Assembly (NCBI GenBank): GCA_904063045.1
Contig: CAJFCJ010000092.1
Coordinates: 7,833-71,832 of the forward strand
Origin: Dimorphilus gyrociliatus
Taxonomy: Eukaryota; Animalia; Annelida
Direction: 5' to 3'
DNA: 64,000 nucleotides
Shown here one piece after another: positions 58,701 through 64,000 of the stretch (position 1 is its first letter; every line of letters starts with the position of its first letter). The notes beneath the pieces were generated by a model. That model had not been told where the DNA came from, did no database searches, and saw only the letters and a list, made by a program, of their open reading frames with translations. Position numbers and translations under genes: made by a program.

Positions 58701-61113
58701 AATAAAAATCATCACTTTTGGGAAATTCATTTTTTAATTCAATGGAAGCTGTGAAACAATATATTTTTTAGTTATAGTACTCAGTAATTATCTTCATTTT
58801 TTTTTACCAACAGTCAAAACTATGGCATACATGATAATGCTCTTTATGGATATTTCTTTTATTTACAGTAATATATGAAGCAGAGTCAAAGAAGAGTTTA
58901 AGTCTAAAGCTGATAGTTGAAGAGTAAAGTTTTTTTGCAACATATCCACAATCTCCAATGGAAAGTAAATCAACCCAATAATTCGAAGAAGTTGTTAGAT
59001 GCACTTTTCCATCTCTTTTTGTAAAATGTGTTTCTTTAAAAAAAAAACATCAAAAATGGTGATAATTATCATGTTTTTTAAAAAATTATATCTTTACTAA
59101 ATGCAAAATCACAGTATGGTGAACATCCAGTTGTCAGATTTATATAATGAATAAGAAAATGTAGTAAATACAATCTTTTGTGTGATGGAAAATCAGAAAG
59201 GGTTTGATTTTTTTTAATACAATCTTCTTCCATTTGATCAATATGCATTGGCTTTTTATAAGAGAAAGCTTGATAACAAATATTTCCAGAATGAATTGCA
59301 GTGTTCTCTGGACAATTGATCACTACAATGAAAGTATATGCATATACATTCTTAATTCGAGCAGAGGATTTAGACATTTGGAATTGTTTACCTTTGTTGG
59401 AACATTTAATCCTAGATATTCCACCTATTTTGCTGTACATTCTGATTAAAAATAAATAAATATGAAAAAATATGACCAATGCCTATTATTTATTTTTAAT
59501 ACCCTTTGAAATGTATTTTACAATCACTGATATTTGAGAAAATACTTTCACAATCAATACGTGAAACAAACAATCTATTCACTATATATAGAGGATTTGG
59601 ACGAAAGTACTCATGTTGTAACTCGGTTGGCACTGTTCCAGATATGTAGCCATATTTTTTACATATTACTTGAATTGTTTTATAAGTTAAAATTTCTACA
59701 GCATACCAAATTCCATAATGAATTACATAAACAAAAGCAGAGATTTCAACATTTGATTCCTTTTGAATATCATGAATAATAATATTTTTAGCCCCATCAA
59801 CTCTCTCTTGACAATGGCAATCAGCTGAATAGATTTCATTCCTTTCATTTGGAATTTCTTCAAAAGTACAATTGATTAAGATATTTCTATTGTTTAATAT
59901 GCAACCGCTAAGGTAAAGTGTTTTTACTCTCTTTATCAATAAACGAGGCGTTATGTATGACATGTAGTGTAATTGTGGTCCCATATTTAAATTAAAATAT
60001 TTACAAAGAAATAAACAGTGCACAGCATTTTTTTGCATTTGACTTACAAAATAATAGAATCCATAAAATTTTGAATTTATTGTATAGTGTACATCATTGG
60101 CAATTGACATAACAAAATATCTTGCCAAACTGCTCATATACTTATTTTCTGAATGTTTCATTATGTTAAACTCTTTGAGAAAGGGAATATTTTTTTGGGT
60201 GGATTAAACAATAGAAAGAGAGTGAGATAAAAAAAATACCTTCAAGTTCAAGGTAACTACAAATAATTGAATGTTTTTTCTTAGTAGAATTCAAATTTAC
60301 ATTCAATGTATACTCCTCAATAAATCTTATACTGGCAATGTCATTTTGAATTGGCAATGAAAAATTTACTATAAATTGATGTCTTTTACACAGAGTTTTC
60401 TTTTCTTCTAATGATTGAATGTTGAATACTTTTCTATTCCACTTCAACAATAGTTGAAATGCATTTTTGTGTATTTTCTTTGCAAACAAATCTGTTTGTT
60501 TAAATTTTAATATTTAAAGAAAAAGCAAGAAATGAAATGAAAATTTTTTACATGTTGAATTCTTTTTAAAACATTTCAAAATTATCCTTTCAAAAATCTT
60601 TTCTTTCTCTAGTTCACTTTTTTTTTAAGAGAAGAGAGAAAATAATGAAATTATAAAAAAAATAAAAAAAATATTAACAATTGACAACAAGGATTTTGTA
60701 TCTTAAAAGATGCAGATTCCATTGTTGTGTTATCTAGAAAATATTGAACTTGTGAAAAATCTTGTTCAAATTCAGAATGTTTACAAAGTTTTGATTTTAT
60801 TGATTTAAACCATAAAAAGTTTGATTGATTTATTTGAATAGCAATATCTCTTTCCTGATTTGTTATTTTAGCAAAGATATACGATTTTTTAAATATATCA
60901 TTTTCTTCAATTGTATATAATTGAAACACATATGAAAATAAAGAAAAATACGATGATATATTTCCAACTTTGGACATTAACCCTTTCAAATAGTCTATTT
61001 TGTTGTGTTTTTTTTTCAAATATTCTCCCTATATTCTATTTCTTAGAGAGAAAGTGAGAATGAATGAACAAAAGAGAAACTATACTTACAATAAAAATTA
61101 ATTTGCATGACAT
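55796..61113 (-). CDS. GRL101-like GPCR 2: SRCR-like x2, C-type-lectin-like, ~6 LDLa, LRRs, 7TM; multi-exon paralog of 10046-15759
   Basis: CPENTAIHSGNICYQAF...C (CTL-like); VICKKYGY...IDCESIFSNISDC (SRCR-like). LDLa motifs VCDGVNDC, VCNYIKDCLDGSDE, ICDNQVNCFDKSDE, VCDGLNDCLYGDDE and LCDGIIDCEHGSDE. LRRs; 7TM with FSDF, WRNGLMC, ERL and NPYLY. The 5' end is approximate. Confidence 0.85.
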
Positions 61114-61503
61114 AGTTTTAAATTAATTTCCAATTGCTTTTAGAGTGATAATTGAAAACGTGACTGCTAAATATATATTTTTTGACATAAAGATACTGCA
61201 AAAGACACTTCAGAAGACATTTCAAGAAATTGCTAAGATTTCTTTTTTAATTCTTGAATAGGTGTTTTTTGAACTCTCATAAGTTTTCTCTCATTTGATA
61301 ATTTCCCACAAATAGAAATTAAGTCAGCCTCTGTTTTTAGTTACTCAACAACTAACAAAAAAGTCTCTATTCAATGAGATTAACTTTTGTGTATAAATTA
61401 TTAAATGAAGACTCAAATATTTCAATTTCACATATAGTTATGCCATCACCTGGGTATGGTAAGGAGGTTGTCTTGGATTTTTCTTTAAATAGAGTTTTAA
61501 TCT

Positions 61504-62072
61504 TTGAATGTCATTTTTTGTATTTATAATAGCTGGAGGTCTGACACACGTTATCTATTGTATGATGAAAAGGAACTTGATAAGGTGTTGCAATTCCAAA
61601 AATTTTATAACAAAGAATTGTGGCTTGTTAAAGAAAGTGAGCAAAAATCAAATATTGACAAAGGACACCTTGTGAATTTGATCCATGAACAATTAAATTG
61701 TACAGACCATATTATAAAACTTGGAAATACTTTCAAAGTAAACAGAAAAATGTTGCAATCACAGAAAATATGATGCAGCAATTCTTGGATATTGGAATAA
61801 ATTTGAGTGAAGATGAACTCACAAATGCTCTCAAAATTCAACAACCTGCAATCAACTTCCCGGATGACTTGGACTTGCTTATTTTAAGTGACCAGAGTTT
61901 GAGTGATGTTGATTTATGTAAAGTTCAAACTGTTAGAGATCACATCAAACTTCAAGGCACTATAATGATTGTAAACATAAAAGAAATGACATTTACCAAC
62001 TGTAAAGAAATACTATTAACATGGAAACTAAAATCAAAACTGGTTTGTTTAAACTTGAACCATTCAAAGTAA
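61504..62072 (+). other. Unassigned frameshifted coding-like segment ending in a GTAAGT donor
   Basis: Overlapping ORFs 61504..61773 and 61698..62072 have globular-like composition, with a strong donor at 62069. No family was recognised. Confidence 0.3.
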
Positions 62073-62148
62073 GTAAAAACTAATAATAATACATAAATCA
62101 TAAAAAAACTACTGGACAAAACCAAAGCAAAAAAAAAAACAAAAAAAA

Positions 62149-62520
62149 CCCTAACCCTAACCCTGATGAGTCTTTGTTAAAGGGGAAGACGAAACCAGGG
62201 TAGGTCAGTTGCTCAAAAATATATATTTCACAAAATTTTACATCATGAACCAGTACATTGCTTTGTCTGTCAAACCTGTGCAGTAGGTCCACAGTCTTGC
62301 ATTCCATTTTGGAACTCCTGAAACTCGGTGGAAGTTATTCAACTTTTACCAGAACTCAGATCTTAGTGTCCAGTTCAACTTTTATTAAAACCTAACCCTA
62401 ACCTAACCCTTTACATAGAGTTGGACCACATAATGGACTAACCCTTAAATGCAGCATTACCAGTTCTGTGTATGGTCTAACCCAACCCAACCCAACCCAA
62501 CCCAAACCAAACCTAATCCT
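62149..62520. repeat. Interstitial telomere-like (CCCTAA)n, CCTAA and (CCCAA)n patches
   Basis: ccctaaccctaaccct at 62149-62164, cctaaccctaacctaaccct at ~62391-62410, and (cccaa)n at ~62481-62505. Confidence 0.75.
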
Positions 62521-62534
62521 GAATCTATTTCCTA

Positions 62535-63838
62535 CAAAATAGAATTATTTCGAAATTTCCATAATTCTAATTCGCAAATATAGATAAATTACTAATTTTT
62601 TGTGTACAATCAGTTTATTTTAGTCAATATTGTAATTAACATTGAAAGTTAACATCGAACACGTGGTTAGATTAATAATATCGATTAGCTGCAGAGTGAT
62701 TTATTCATCCCTCTTCATTGAAAATATATTTCTTTTTACATTAAACTACTGTTCTTTCCATTCTATAATATCCCTAAAAATATAATTATTGAAATATTAT
62801 TAAAATATATATAGGACTACTAACTGTATCTCCAAACATGAATATTTTTGTACCATAATAGGCTTTAGCAGCAATATAACCCCAATTTTCATACAACTTT
62901 TTAGCTCTTTCATTGTGATGTGCAACTAACAAACATACTTTCTATAAAGAAAGAAGATGAATTTTTAAATAATCAACTAAGGAAATCTAACTTTTAATCC
63001 TCTGCCTTTTGCTTCTTCATCAGCAGCATTTAAGAGAATTTTCCCGATACCTTTGCCCCTGCACTGGCTATCAACAACTAAATGATCAATAATACATTCA
63101 TCATCCTTCATTGTATATAAATATTCCAACATTCCAGAAGAGAGAATAACTTTAAATACAGATTTGAATGATATATCTGCACGATAATTGCCATATTTCA
63201 TTGGTTTAACACTAGATATTTTTTGTAAGAAAGTATTATGTTCATTCATTTTAAAGTGAAAAAAAAATGTACAAACTGTGGATATTTCATTTGACAAATT
63301 CCAACAATTTTTCCATTTTCTTCTGCAACTAATGTATTTGGAATTACTGTCTCAGCAACTCTAAAATCGTGAATGAATAATTTTCTGACTTCATCCATCT
63401 CTTCTTCTCTGAATGTATATTTCCATTTAAAAGGAAAACCTTGTAAAAATAAATCCACAATTCTCTCAATGTCATCATCATTTGCCTGTCTGACTGTAAT
63501 ATTAGGATTATCTATAATCTTATTGGATTTTACTATTTGACAATTTTCATCAATATCCAATTGCACAGTTTTGAAAAACAATTTAAAAAACCACATTTTG
63601 TCTAAAATCTTAATATTTTTGGTGAAAATATCTTTGAAAATGTCTTCTTTATAAAATTTGGACACAACTGACTACTATTTCAAAGTTATAGCCAATAGCT
63701 GTTATATGGTACAGCTCGCTTTTTTCAGGTCAACCAAATCAATAGAGCTTGATAGGCCTAGTAATTTTATGACTAATACTCACGTGCCTACTTAATATTC
63801 TATATATCTCGTTTTATAAATTATTTTAGAATATATAT
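62535..63838. repeat. Segmental duplication copy B (direct repeat of 43437-44964)
   Basis: Direct sequence match, lacking the 43575-43780 insertion. Confidence 0.95.
62736..63596 (-). CDS. GNAT-family N-acetyltransferase, copy B (4 exons)
   Basis: Shared translated ORF segments are identical to copy A, with the same splice sites. Confidence 0.88.
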
Positions 63839-64000
63839 ATGTGTAAAGCATCTGGTTTGCAGAGTGCTGGAATTCAATATCTTTTTTTATCCCATAGGTC
63901 AGCTAATCTGGTAATTTCAATTTTTTGTTCAGAAAGATGATTGTTAATAATCAACTACATCAATTTTGCAGACACAATGTGAAATACACATCGTTTTTCA

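Noticed and set aside
61120-61450. Possible further NLR/LRR relic on the minus strand
   Set aside because: Only vague compositional similarity, with no diagnostic motif.
62149-62520. True chromosome end
   Set aside because: The repeats are short, degenerate and flanked by genes on both sides.
1-64000. rRNA, tRNA, prokaryotic operons or defence systems
   Set aside because: No such signatures were seen; intron-containing animal gene families dominate the window.

Overview
This is AT-rich, gene-dense eukaryotic (animal) DNA with very short GT-AG introns (mostly ~45-100 bp), so the ORF track fragments most genes. The gene content and compactness fit a small-genome lophotrochozoan such as a meiofaunal annelid; this is an inference and was not verified. 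The window is mostly an innate-immunity/sensory neighbourhood. It contains two large NACHT-LRR (NLR) genes (one with 13 in-exon 171-bp LRR units), a BC-box LRR gene, two paralogous SRCR/C-type-lectin-like + LDLa + LRR GPCRs (GRL101-like), a DEG/ENaC channel with non-canonical pore motifs, a trypsin, an orphan class A GPCR, an ACP5-like phosphatase, secreted lectin-like/PAN/CUB proteins, and a duplicated GNAT. Decayed mariner, Tc1, MULE and gypsy elements and MITEs are also present. The most striking item becomes visible only after manual splicing: a 5-exon, 842-codon gene at 39307-42063 (-) that joins a TNF-receptor-like cysteine-rich ectodomain and TM helix to an UNC5/PIDD-like ZU5-UPA-death-domain tail. 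Next to it are a short-tailed TNFR-like gene, an ectodomain-less TM-ZU5-UPA paralog and a TNFR pseudo-exon. All domain calls come from motif recognition by eye; no database searches were run. No rRNA, tRNA or CRISPR array was seen.
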